Shown one piece after another: positions 1 through 7,614 of a DNA stretch of 31,520 bases (positions are counted from its first letter, which is position 1; each line of letters starts with the position of its first letter). The stretch comes from a virus (lineage: Duplodnaviria; Heunggongvirae; Uroviricota; Caudoviricetes), in IMG/VR virus record IMGVR_UViG_2917870735_000002; one strand, written 5' to 3'. The notes beneath the pieces were generated by a model. That model did no database searches and was not told where the DNA came from. It saw only the letters and a program-made list of their open reading frames with translations. The translations under genes were made by a program, and so were the position numbers.

Positions 1-129
1 CTATTTATCGGAAGGTTTATCTTGCTGCGGTTTGTTGTTGACCATATCGCACAACATCGAGAGCAGCATTAACCGTACTTTAAAGGGAGAGTGACTAAAC
101 ACGCGCATACACCTCTTGAACTCATTCAT
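1..129 (-). CDS. small hypothetical protein (42 aa)
   Basis: Not in ORF track (<60 aa). ATG at 129-127 on minus strand with AGGAGG about 5 nt upstream; stop TAG at 3-1. Translation MNEFKRCMRVFSHSPFKVRLMLLSMLCDMVNNKPQQDKPSDK. Function unknown. Confidence 0.35.
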   Translation of the reverse strand: MNEFKRCMRVFSHSPFKVRLMLLSMLCDMVNNKPQQDKPSDK

Positions 130-296
130 AAGACCTCCTGACTTGCTAATCCCGTCGATCCATGAGGGATGATTGCATTACATACAGATATAGCACAGGC
201 TATATTATAAAGCATCAACTATCTACGAAAAACAATAACTTACAGTGTTATCAATAAGTTGCGTTAGTTAATATCTGTGAGTATTCGGCAGTATTT

Positions 297-1337
297 CTAA
301 GCTGTCGCGACATTTTTGCGACATTTTAAGGGGTTAAGTCGCACGGCATCTTCAAGGTGGCTTGGGGCGAAATGGGCATAACGCATTGTCATAGTGATGT
401 CAGCGTGGCCGAGAATTTTTTGCAGAACCAGAATGTTTCCGCCGTTCATCATAAAGTGGCTGGCAAATGTATGGCGCAGTACATGGGTAAGCTGGCCGGA
501 GGGGAGTTCAATGCCTGCACGTTCCAGAGCAGAGCGGAAAGCGTTGTAGCAGGGCTTGGGGAACAGAGCGCCTTTTGTTTCAGGTAATTCGGACAGAAGT
601 TCATCATCAAGGGGAATTGTTCTGTTGCGCTTCCCTTTGGTTTTGACGAACGTGACTTTACCCCCGGCGATCTGGGAGCTTTTCAGCGTTGCCGCCTCAT
701 TCCACCTTGCGCCGGTAGCAAGGCAGATTTTGACAACTAATTCTAGGTACTTAACTTTACTTCGTTTGCATTCCAGTAAAAGCCGATCAATTTCTTCGGT
801 AGTGAGGAAAGCCATTTCGGTTTCATCAGTACGATACTGTCTGACGTTTTCTAGTGGGTTGGGTGCTGACCATTCACCAATCCGTTTCAGCTCGTTGAAC
901 ATAGCCAGGAAGTAAGCATGTTCAAGGTTCATAGTTTTCGGGGAAACCTTAGATACTCTGTTGGTACGGGCATAATGCCCATCCAGCCTTTTAGCGCGGT
1001 AGGCTGTGAACAACTGGGCATTAAATTCTGTGGCCAGCGGGAATCCCATGCATTCCGCCGCCCAGGTCATAGCATTTTTACGCTTTTCGCCATTGCTCAA
1101 AGCTACGCCGTGGCGTTCATACCACATGTTGATTAGGTCGCTTAGAGTACGGAGGTCTTTACCCTCGCCAAGCCAGGGGGAGTTCTCCACTTGCTGAAGC
1201 GTATAGTTCTCGTAGGCCAGGGCTTCGCCTTTTGTAGCGAATTTTTTACGAATACGCTTACCGGCTTTACCATTGCTTCGATCCACCGTGTAGAAATCGG
1301 CAATCCACTGGCCATTTGTTAATTTTCTTACAGACAT
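297..1337 (-). CDS. int: tyrosine integrase, P2 Int family
   Basis: 346 aa. N-terminal GKxGKRIRKKF arm-binding motif; catalytic region LATGARWNEA ... HVLRHTFASHF ... LGHADITMTMRYAHF (R, H-x-x-R, Y) as in P2 Int from memory. 3' end faces the left flank, as in P2 where int reads towards attP. Confidence 0.93.
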   Translation of the reverse strand: MSVRKLTNGQWIADFYTVDRSNGKAGKRIRKKFATKGEALAYENYTLQQVENSPWLGEGKDLRTLSDLINMWYERHGVALSNGEKRKNAMTWAAECMGFPLATEFNAQLFTAYRAKRLDGHYARTNRVSKVSPKTMNLEHAYFLAMFNELKRIGEWSAPNPLENVRQYRTDETEMAFLTTEEIDRLLLECKRSKVKYLELVVKICLATGARWNEAATLKSSQIAGGKVTFVKTKGKRNRTIPLDDELLSELPETKGALFPKPCYNAFRSALERAGIELPSGQLTHVLRHTFASHFMMNGGNILVLQKILGHADITMTMRYAHFAPSHLEDAVRLNPLKCRKNVATA

Positions 1338-1340
1338 AGC

Positions 1341-1910
1341 TTAGCTGTTTAAAATGCGTTGTTTTTGCTGCTGAAATTCTTCTTCAGTAAGAATGCCTTC
1401 TGCTTTCATTTCAGCCAAACGTTCAATTTTATCCATGACATCATCAAATGAAGATTTTTCGTTGGAGCTTGTAGGAGCGGTGATAACTTGTGGCTTGTCC
1501 AGACTATTCCTTGTCTCATTAACAAGGTTGGTAAAAGGAATTACGGAGGATTTTATAACGTTTTTTATGGTGTAATTCTGTCCGCTTGTTGAAATCATTA
1601 TCTCACCAAATATCAGTCCAGTCTTTCCGCCAACGCTTACAATGTTACGAAGGCTAATATCGACCTGCTTAACACCAAATATCATCCCTTTATCGAGGAA
1701 GATAACGCGTTGGTTAGTTAAAGTTATTAACCAGGTGTTGCCATCCATCATACCGCTTACTATGCCAAGCGGTTCCTCGCCGGTGTTTAAAACTTCGGGA
1801 AGATGAAAAAATTCTTTTTTTGTACCAAATGGCGTATCTGAAACAGCGGCGGACAATCGTTTCATTTCTACTTTTAATTGGTCTTTAGATGCAGTCTTGT
1901 AATCTATCAT
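1341..1910 (-). CDS. cargo protein with PH-like beta-rich core and SHOCT-like C-terminus; function unknown
   Basis: ORF 1341..1979 trimmed to ATG at 1910 (MIDYKTASK...) with AAGGA about 8 nt upstream. C-terminal IERLAEMKAEGILTEEEFQQQKQRIL resembles SHOCT; central LITLTNQRVIFLDKG...GLIFGEIMISTSG resembles bacterial PH-like domains. Visibly AT-rich versus neighbours. Lies 14 bp after cI stop and 3 bp before int start, so co-transcribed with the repressor. Confidence 0.7.
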   Translation of the reverse strand: MIDYKTASKDQLKVEMKRLSAAVSDTPFGTKKEFFHLPEVLNTGEEPLGIVSGMMDGNTWLITLTNQRVIFLDKGMIFGVKQVDISLRNIVSVGGKTGLIFGEIMISTSGQNYTIKNVIKSSVIPFTNLVNETRNSLDKPQVITAPTSSNEKSSFDDVMDKIERLAEMKAEGILTEEEFQQQKQRILNS

Positions 1911-1924
1911 TATAATTTTCCTTA

Positions 1925-2503
1925 TTATTTTATAGTTAAGATAATACGACCTAAAATTTTTATATCTTCGATAGCGCAATCAAATGCCATCCCAACGCCA
2001 CTCACTCGAACTTTGCCTACGGGGATGCGCGTAAGGGTTCTCACACTTGTTTTTCCTTCAATTTCAACTAACCAATCATCGTCGTAAACTTCGGGAAAGT
2101 GTTGATCAACAATGTACTGCATTGCGTTGTCAATCACACAGATTGGATTCTGTGGTAAAGGCTTACCAGGTAAAAAAGTAACCTTATCGAGCATTAGCAA
2201 ACCGGAATCATAGAGTTTTCCGTCCACAATCTTCTTACGCGGCAGTTTCATGATGTCTAATTCGTCATCGTTAAACTTTCTTCCTTGCCCAGTCGCAAGC
2301 CATTCCAGAGTTGCTCCCGTTTCAGCCATGCATCTAACAACGATATCTGCTGGAAAAAAATCCCTCTTGTAGCGATTAGCCAGGCTGCTACTTGCTATAT
2401 CAAGATGTTCGGCCAGGGCTAATTTTGTGTTGAAACCATACGCCTGGATGACTCTGTCCAAGACTTCTGATCCGCCATGAGAAAATTCAATTTGTAGCTT
2501 CAC
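1925..2503 (-). CDS. cI: immunity repressor, phage 186 CI-like (192 aa)
   Basis: GTG start at 2503. N-terminal helix-turn-helix-like segment (GFNTKLALAEHLDIASSSLANR). Length matches the 192-aa 186 CI as I recall. Position between int and a divergent Cox/Apl-like gene. Confidence 0.8.
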   Translation of the reverse strand: MKLQIEFSHGGSEVLDRVIQAYGFNTKLALAEHLDIASSSLANRYKRDFFPADIVVRCMAETGATLEWLATGQGRKFNDDELDIMKLPRKKIVDGKLYDSGLLMLDKVTFLPGKPLPQNPICVIDNAMQYIVDQHFPEVYDDDWLVEIEGKTSVRTLTRIPVGKVRVSGVGMAFDCAIEDIKILGRIILTIK

Positions 2504-2534
2504 GAAAATTTTTCCTTGAAATCTTTCTCAAAGC

Positions 2535-2546
2535 GAGTTTAAACTC
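2535..2546. promoter_or_regulatory. 12-bp perfect palindrome GAGTTTAAACTC in the immunity switch region (candidate operator)
   Basis: Verified base by base; 32-43 bp upstream of the cI start, between divergent cI and apl-like genes. Confidence 0.4.
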
Positions 2547-2583
2547 TGCTTTGTAGGTTTAAGTGAATATTGACAGTTACAGC

Positions 2584-2601
2584 CCTGTATTACCGTACAG
2601 G
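2584..2601. promoter_or_regulatory. dyad CCTGTA-N6-TACAGG (candidate operator) beside a TTGACA -35-like hexamer
   Basis: 6-bp perfect inverted arms with 6-bp spacer; TTGACA at 2570-2575 just upstream; about 20-40 bp before the apl-like start. Confidence 0.35.
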
Positions 2602-2622
2602 TTGACTAATGGAGTTTGCCTT

Positions 2623-2844
2623 ATGCGTCCGAGCATTACAATCATCATACCGGAACCTTACCTGCCTTTAGACGAATATTGCCGTCGTACTGGTACAAAC
2701 AAAGAAACTGCCAGAAATCTGATCGAATACGGGAAATTGCCCATTAAACCTAAGGGTAAGCAGAAGAAAGGCCTGGTTGAGGTCAACATGGCCGCGCTAA
2801 CCATTCAGGCTTTAAGTGAATGTGATATTTCACTTAACGCGTAA
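2623..2844 (+). CDS. Apl/Cox-like excisionase and transcriptional regulator (73 aa)
   Basis: ATG at 2623 with GGAG 8 nt upstream (the track ORF from 2563 begins at GTG). Small basic protein (KPKGKQKK), first gene of the rightward operon divergent from cI, as for 186 apl and P2 cox. Assigned by position and size. Confidence 0.55.
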   Translation: MRPSITIIIPEPYLPLDEYCRRTGTNKETARNLIEYGKLPIKPKGKQKKGLVEVNMAALTIQALSECDISLNA

Positions 2845-2874
2845 TTCATCCTACGGATTAGCGAGAGGCAAACA

Positions 2875-3378
2875 ATGTTTGATTACCAGATCTCTAAACA
2901 TGCGCGATTTGATGCGGCTTGCCGAGCATTTGCAATTGAGCACAATCTTGAAGATGTGGCTGTTGCCGTTGGTATAAGGCCGCAGATCCTGCGCAACAAA
3001 CTAAATCCAGCGCAACCGCACCGTTTAACATGCGATGAGCTTATATCCATTACGGATTACACCGAAGATGCACGTTTACTGGATGGGATGTTAAGCCAAA
3101 TTAACTGCCTGCCATCCGTGCCTGTGAATAATGCCACTGAAGGCAACATGCAACTGTGTGCTCTTAGCGCCACTGCGTGCGTGGGGGCGATTGCTGGGGA
3201 AGCCGTATCAACTTGCCATATGACTGCCGCTCGTCGTACTCAAATTCTGGATCGCGCCCGCGATGCAATTCGTAGCTTATCCGTGCTGGCTTATACCGTG
3301 GAAAGTCGTTTTCACTCTACGCCCGTCCTGGCCGCTGCGGTAGCGCTGGTCACAATCAATGCCACCGGCCTGATATGA
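2875..3378 (+). CDS. CII-like lysogeny-establishment regulator (167 aa)
   Basis: ATG 2875 with GAGAGG 6 nt upstream. Size and position (directly after apl-like gene) match 186 CII (about 169 aa as I recall). HTH-like segment LEDVAVAVGIRPQILRNKLN. Confidence 0.55.
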   Translation: MFDYQISKHARFDAACRAFAIEHNLEDVAVAVGIRPQILRNKLNPAQPHRLTCDELISITDYTEDARLLDGMLSQINCLPSVPVNNATEGNMQLCALSATACVGAIAGEAVSTCHMTAARRTQILDRARDAIRSLSVLAYTVESRFHSTPVLAAAVALVTINATGLI

Positions 3379-3387
3379 GGGAGCACT

Positions 3388-3561
3388 ATGAAAGCGTTTG
3401 CCACCTACCTGAAAAATGAATCACCAGCAATGCAGTTGCCAAGTGGATCAACGGGTTGGATAGAACTGCCCAACGGGCAGCGTTGGAACCCCGGTCACAT
3501 GTACAAATTCAATGGCCAGCAACAGCGCCGCCCGTGGTGGTGGCGTTTGATGGGGTTATAA
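3388..3561 (+). CDS. hypothetical early protein (57 aa, Trp-rich)
   Basis: Not in track (<60 aa). ATG 3388 with GAGGGAG 4 nt upstream; MKAFATYLKNESPAMQLPSGSTGWIELPNGQRWNPGHMYKFNGQQQRRPWWWRLMGL. Occupies the slot of 186 fil; no similarity claimed. Confidence 0.4.
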   Translation: MKAFATYLKNESPAMQLPSGSTGWIELPNGQRWNPGHMYKFNGQQQRRPWWWRLMGL

Positions 3562-3578
3562 ATCTAAAGGGGAATAAT

Positions 3579-3761
3579 ATGCGCAAGCCTAAAAAAACCA
3601 GCGGCACGATAGTGTATTTCACCATAAAGCGCCATCCAGAAAGTAGCCGCCAGGGAGATGAACGCGGGCGCGTGTGGTTTCACAATCACTCTTGTTTGGA
3701 CGTTCCGTTTTGTCGCGCGCCACGTCTTGTCCGTCGTCTGTCTTTCAACTTTGATCGTTAA
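3579..3761 (+). CDS. hypothetical early protein (60 aa, basic)
   Basis: Track ORF 3456..3761 starts at TTG; internal ATG 3579 has AAAGGGG upstream. MRKPKKTSGTIVYF... Confidence 0.4.
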   Translation: MRKPKKTSGTIVYFTIKRHPESSRQGDERGRVWFHNHSCLDVPFCRAPRLVRRLSFNFDR

Positions 3762-3790
3762 CTATCACAGCACGGTGGGAAGAGGGCGCT

Positions 3791-4207
3791 ATGGCGATTA
3801 GTCAGGAACAGCAAAAGCGTGGACTTGAGCAATTAAAACAGATCCGCCGTAAATATTTCAGCGAAAGCAGTAAGGCCGCTGAATGGTGGGACGACTTAAC
3901 ACCAGAATGGCGCGGTGTGGTTCTTCATGCTGCTGCGATTACTTCAGGTTCCAGAGTATTTAAAGCTCATTTATGCAAATGCTGCTGGCGGGAGATTTAT
4001 GAACGCCTGGGCTATCGGTACATGATTCAACTGCGTCAGGGGATATCACGGGCGCGATTAACATTTGACGGTTTTGGCAGTTTACGTGACAGCGATTTTT
4101 CGAAACGTACCGCGAATCGGCCAATAAAAAAAGCACATCCAATTTGTAGTAATAGTGGGGTGCAGATGGTGATCGCGCCTCATATCGTCCATAAGTTCCA
4201 GCAATAG
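3791..4207 (+). CDS. hypothetical early protein (138 aa)
   Basis: ATG 3791 with GGGAAGAGGG upstream; rightward early operon between CII-like gene and A. Confidence 0.5.
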   Translation: MAISQEQQKRGLEQLKQIRRKYFSESSKAAEWWDDLTPEWRGVVLHAAAITSGSRVFKAHLCKCCWREIYERLGYRYMIQLRQGISRARLTFDGFGSLRDSDFSKRTANRPIKKAHPICSNSGVQMVIAPHIVHKFQQ

Positions 4208-4218
4208 AGGAATCACTA

Positions 4219-4620
4219 ATGACCATTATTTCCGTTGAGGGTAAATCGTTGCGGGAAGAACTCGCTGTATGGGGCGTCCCTCATATCTATGTTGTATCGT
4301 TTGCAGCGAAAAACACCAGTGAAAATGGTCGCATCGCTTTGCATCCTTTCTTTTTCAATGACGCCGAACACATGATGAATCTGCGCCACTGGTTAGCTAT
4401 TAATGCCGCTTTCTGGTGCTGCGTGTACCGCGAAGCACAGAGCAAAGATGCGCAGATCGAAGCGCTGGCAGGGATTCGCGCGATTTTCTATACAGCCGGG
4501 GCGCTGGGTGTTGGCGAGATAAAATCAATAATCCAGGAGTGGTGGCAGACAACCTATGAGCTGCATCTGATTCCGGCACCGAACTATTCAGCCGCCACAG
4601 TACTAACCCATTTTCACTAA
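4219..4620 (+). CDS. hypothetical early protein (133 aa)
   Basis: ATG 4219 with AGAGGA upstream; 11 bp after previous stop. Confidence 0.5.
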   Translation: MTIISVEGKSLREELAVWGVPHIYVVSFAAKNTSENGRIALHPFFFNDAEHMMNLRHWLAINAAFWCCVYREAQSKDAQIEALAGIRAIFYTAGALGVGEIKSIIQEWWQTTYELHLIPAPNYSAATVLTHFH

Positions 4621-4687
4621 TTAACTGTCTGAATTTTTGGTCACAGTTCAAGTGGCCGGGGATTCTTTTGCCTTAAGGGAACCCAAA

Positions 4688-4921
4688 ATGTATATGACAC
4701 ATCAGGATTTACCCGCAACAAAGCTTGGTACTGATCTACTGGACATGCTTGCTAAAGCCACGCAGGAAGGTAAAGCCGCAGTTGCTGACCTGTGTTCCAT
4801 CCGCCTGGATAAGCTGGCCACTCATGCAGCAAATGAAGGTTTAAGCGCAGCGGAAATCGTTGAGTTGATCCGAGAAGAGGCCGAGGCTATTTGCAGCAAA
4901 GGCGGTGCGGCATGGCAATAA
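4688..4921 (+). CDS. hypothetical early protein (77 aa)
   Basis: Track ORF 4637..4921 starts at TTG; ATG 4688 has AAGGGAA upstream. Acidic, helical-looking. Confidence 0.45.
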   Translation: MYMTHQDLPATKLGTDLLDMLAKATQEGKAAVADLCSIRLDKLATHAANEGLSAAEIVELIREEAEAICSKGGAAWQ

Positions 4922-4967
4922 AAACACCACTAAAATGTCTTTCGCCATCGCTTCTTGAGGCCAGCAT

Positions 4968-6989
4968 ATGATGTTGGCCATAAAGGAACACTTCTATGTT
5001 GTCGATACGTGGCGGCGTGAAACTTTCGCATCTTGCATACCGGCAGACGCGACAATCACAGAACGCCGTTTGTGGGCTGTAAATCCGCAGGATTATGAAT
5101 GGAGAGTCCGGTACCTGCATGAGATACCCGACTGGTTAGCCGGGTATTTTGGCCGTCGTTACGAAAAGCTGTTTGCTGGTCGTGACGGGCGTTGTCGTGC
5201 CAATACATTCCTGCGCCAGACTATCGGCGGGAGTGTATTGCCACGTCTGCGCAAAGTGGCTGCGCGTTACTCGCTGGCCGCTGACGCTGCCGATCTTCCT
5301 TTTGGTAAGTCGCTGGCGCGCTTGCCGTCACTAGACCGTCCTGATCTTAAAAAACTGGCTGGCCAGGTATCTGGCTGGATTTCCCAGTCACTTTATGACT
5401 TCACCGAACAGTTTGACTCCAGCACTGACGACGCCAGAGAGCTGCATCGCCGCACCTTGGAATCATACCGCCATCTTTGCGCGGGTTGCCTGATGCTGAA
5501 TAACCAGCCGCCGTACTGGGCTGAACATGAGGCCAATGAAGGTCAACTGGAAATGCGTAAGGCGGAATCCGGGATACTGCGCATGATGGCGCCGGAATGG
5601 TGGTACCTACGTCTTAAACGTGCGCGTGATATGCAGCGCGAACATATGGCCATCGCGGTGGGACAGGTACAAAAAGCGGCCAGCGCTTATGTATCCCGCA
5701 AAACACTGGACGAATGGATAGACCAGAAAAAGCGGAATCTGGAGTTCTTTAAAAAGTTTGATCTGCTGAATGATGAGGGGCTGCGCATTGCACTGGACAG
5801 CATGGTGCACCGCAGCGTTGCAAATCCGGCGATCCGTCGATGTGAACTAATGGTAAGAATGCGAGGGTTTGAAGATATGGCCAATGAAGAAGGGCTGGCC
5901 GGTGAGTTTTACACCATCACCGCGCCATCACGTTTCCACGCAGTGCACAGCAAAGGTGGCTTTGTATCGCAATGGGATGGATGTACACCGCAGGATACCC
6001 AGCGCTATTTATGCGGCGTATGGGCAAAAGCACGCGCAGCGATCTCGCGTGCGGGTATTCATGTATTTGGGTTTCGGGTTGTTGAGCCACACCATGACGG
6101 GACACCGCACTGGCATATGTTGCTTTTTATGCGTCTGCAGGACGTGGACACGGTACGCGATATTCTTTGCTATCACGCCAGAATTACCGATTCTGAGGAA
6201 CTGCAATCTGAAAAGGCGCTTAAGGCACGTTTTCACGTTGAAGCTATCGATCCCGACAAAGGTTCAGCCACGGGCTACATCGCGAAATACATTTCAAAAA
6301 ATATTGATGGTTTTGCGTTGGATGGTGAGCAGGACGAAGAAACCGGCGAAAACCTGCGTGATATGGCTAAGTCCGTTTCTGCATGGGCTTCACGCTGGCG
6401 CATTCGTCAGTTTCAGCAGATTGGTGGTGCGCCGGTAACCGTCTGGCGTGAGCTGCGTCGGTTGCGGGATCTGGTGCTGACAGATCGCAGAATGGATGCG
6501 GTTCTGGCCGCTGCTGATGTTGGCGATTGGGCTGCATACACCCAAGCACAGGGTGGCGCACTGATTGCCCGCCGTGATCTGGTTGTTCGTCTGGCCTATG
6601 AAATTACGGAACAGGGCAACGAGTACGCAGAGGACGTGCAGCGCGTACAGGGGGTTTATTCTCCTTTGGTTCCTGATTCGGAAGTTTGCACCCGTCTGGT
6701 TAAGTGGCAAAAGGTTGCGAAGTTGGCCGAAGCGCCAGCGGAGGCGGGGTTTTCTGGCGGCAACGCCGCCCCTTGGAGTTCTGTCAATAACTGTACGGAG
6801 GGGGGAATCCTCAGACGGTTAAAACTGGAATTATGCAGTCGGGGTTTTAACGGTTCTAATGAAGAAATAGCCATTCTCCTACGGGGTAGTGGTTTGATGT
6901 TTGGCCAAGGGGGACTGGTTTACCGTAATGGGTGGCTTAAAGAGATTCAAAACGAGCCATTAAACGAGTTATGGCCGGGGTGGGTCTAG
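4968..6989 (+). CDS. A: replication initiation protein A (rolling-circle nicking endonuclease, P2 gpA family)
   Basis: 673 aa; ATG 4968 with GAGG upstream. His-hydrophobic-His motif (HHDGTPHWHMLLF) and tyrosine/lysine motif (TGYIAKYISKN) typical of rolling-circle initiators. Size comparable to 186 A and P2 A from memory. Confidence 0.85.
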   Translation: MMLAIKEHFYVVDTWRRETFASCIPADATITERRLWAVNPQDYEWRVRYLHEIPDWLAGYFGRRYEKLFAGRDGRCRANTFLRQTIGGSVLPRLRKVAARYSLAADAADLPFGKSLARLPSLDRPDLKKLAGQVSGWISQSLYDFTEQFDSSTDDARELHRRTLESYRHLCAGCLMLNNQPPYWAEHEANEGQLEMRKAESGILRMMAPEWWYLRLKRARDMQREHMAIAVGQVQKAASAYVSRKTLDEWIDQKKRNLEFFKKFDLLNDEGLRIALDSMVHRSVANPAIRRCELMVRMRGFEDMANEEGLAGEFYTITAPSRFHAVHSKGGFVSQWDGCTPQDTQRYLCGVWAKARAAISRAGIHVFGFRVVEPHHDGTPHWHMLLFMRLQDVDTVRDILCYHARITDSEELQSEKALKARFHVEAIDPDKGSATGYIAKYISKNIDGFALDGEQDEETGENLRDMAKSVSAWASRWRIRQFQQIGGAPVTVWRELRRLRDLVLTDRRMDAVLAAADVGDWAAYTQAQGGALIARRDLVVRLAYEITEQGNEYAEDVQRVQGVYSPLVPDSEVCTRLVKWQKVAKLAEAPAEAGFSGGNAAPWSSVNNCTEGGILRRLKLELCSRGFNGSNEEIAILLRGSGLMFGQGGLVYRNGWLKEIQNEPLNELWPGWV

Positions 6990-7003
6990 CAGGGTAAATA
7001 TGT

Positions 7004-7019
7004 GAAATGCATGCATTTC
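7004..7019. repeat. 16-bp perfect palindrome GAAATGCATGCATTTC just downstream of A
   Basis: Verified base by base; 15-30 bp after the A stop codon. Confidence 0.6.
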
Positions 7020-7074
7020 TCAGTAGATGGAAGGAAATTAAATTTCACTATTCGTGCTTTACGGTGTACGGTAT

Positions 7075-7092
7075 ACTGGATACTTATCCAGT
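7075..7092. repeat. 18-bp dyad ACTGGATA-ct-TATCCAGT
   Basis: 8-bp perfect inverted arms, 2-bp centre; preceded by TACGGT-g-TACGGT direct repeat. Confidence 0.6.
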
Positions 7093-7114
7093 CACTATTG
7101 CTTGTGGGGGCTAA

Positions 7115-7321
7115 ATGGATCTTTTGGAGGCGTCGGCACAGCTGGAACGCATTGAGTTATTAGCTAAAATTGCCCATGATTACGAAAGTAACCAGAGAGA
7201 AAAAACAATCGCTTTGGCCTGGATTGGAGAACTTGCGGAAGAGGTTCACAAAATGGTTAGAAAGGAAGGGAAAAGCCCTCATTCTGGGGGCTTTTTAGGC
7301 AGCGGGAGTCACTTTCAGTAA
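7115..7321 (+). CDS. hypothetical ORF (68 aa), doubtful
   Basis: ATG 7115 with weak GTGGGGG upstream; 3' end overlaps the convergent ogr-like gene by 27 nt. May be non-coding. Confidence 0.25.
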   Translation: MDLLEASAQLERIELLAKIAHDYESNQREKTIALAWIGELAEEVHKMVRKEGKSPHSGGFLGSGSHFQ

Positions 7322-7564
7322 ATCTAATGCTACCTGGCGCTGAGCGGGAGAAAGTGCACTCAGTATTTTTTGCACCACCGCATCACCCGTTTTAGCGCTG
7401 GGGCTGAGAGTGTGGGAAAATGTCAGATTCATAACAAATGTGTGGCCACATTCAACATCTGAACAGGCGCAGTAAATATCTGCAATTTGCCGATGCTTCC
7501 TGTTCGTTTTACGAATAACAGCCTTTGAGCCGCATTCCGGGCATTCGATTTTCAGAACTCGCAT
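7295..7564 (-). CDS. ogr: late gene transcriptional activator, Ogr/Delta zinc-finger family (89 aa)
   Basis: In-frame ATG at 7564 (MRVLKIECPECG...), GGAG about 11 nt upstream. Cys pattern CPEC ... CACSDVEC matches the C4 arrangement of P2 Ogr/186 B as I recall. About 17 aa longer at the C-terminus than the 72-aa P2/186 proteins. Confidence 0.8.
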   Translation of the reverse strand: MRVLKIECPECGSKAVIRKTNRKHRQIADIYCACSDVECGHTFVMNLTFSHTLSPSAKTGDAVVQKILSALSPAQRQVALDLLKVTPAA

Positions 7565-7614
7565 ATTCCATGCTCCAGCTGTTAAATGAAGCATGGATTT
7601 TAGCCAGTTTCGCA

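Noticed and set aside
288-297. 10-bp identity GCAGTATTTC at 288-297 (just outside the int stop) and at 27309-27318 (just after the last tail gene) as a possible attL/attR core
   Set aside because: Only 10 bp match with no extension on either side; chance expectation is not negligible and P2-type cores are longer. The true right junction may lie beyond the window.
2563-2622. N-terminal extensions given by the ORF track for several genes (2563, 3456, 4637, 11461, 21562 and others)
   Set aside because: These begin at TTG or GTG without ribosome-binding sites while an internal ATG with a good Shine-Dalgarno sequence lies downstream; the shorter forms were annotated instead.
7336-7359. G/C-rich motif resembling the P2/186 19-nt cohesive-end sequence
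   Set aside because: Alignment needs gaps, relies on my memory of the P2 cos sequence, and the motif lies within the ogr-like coding region; kept only as a note inside the cos finding.
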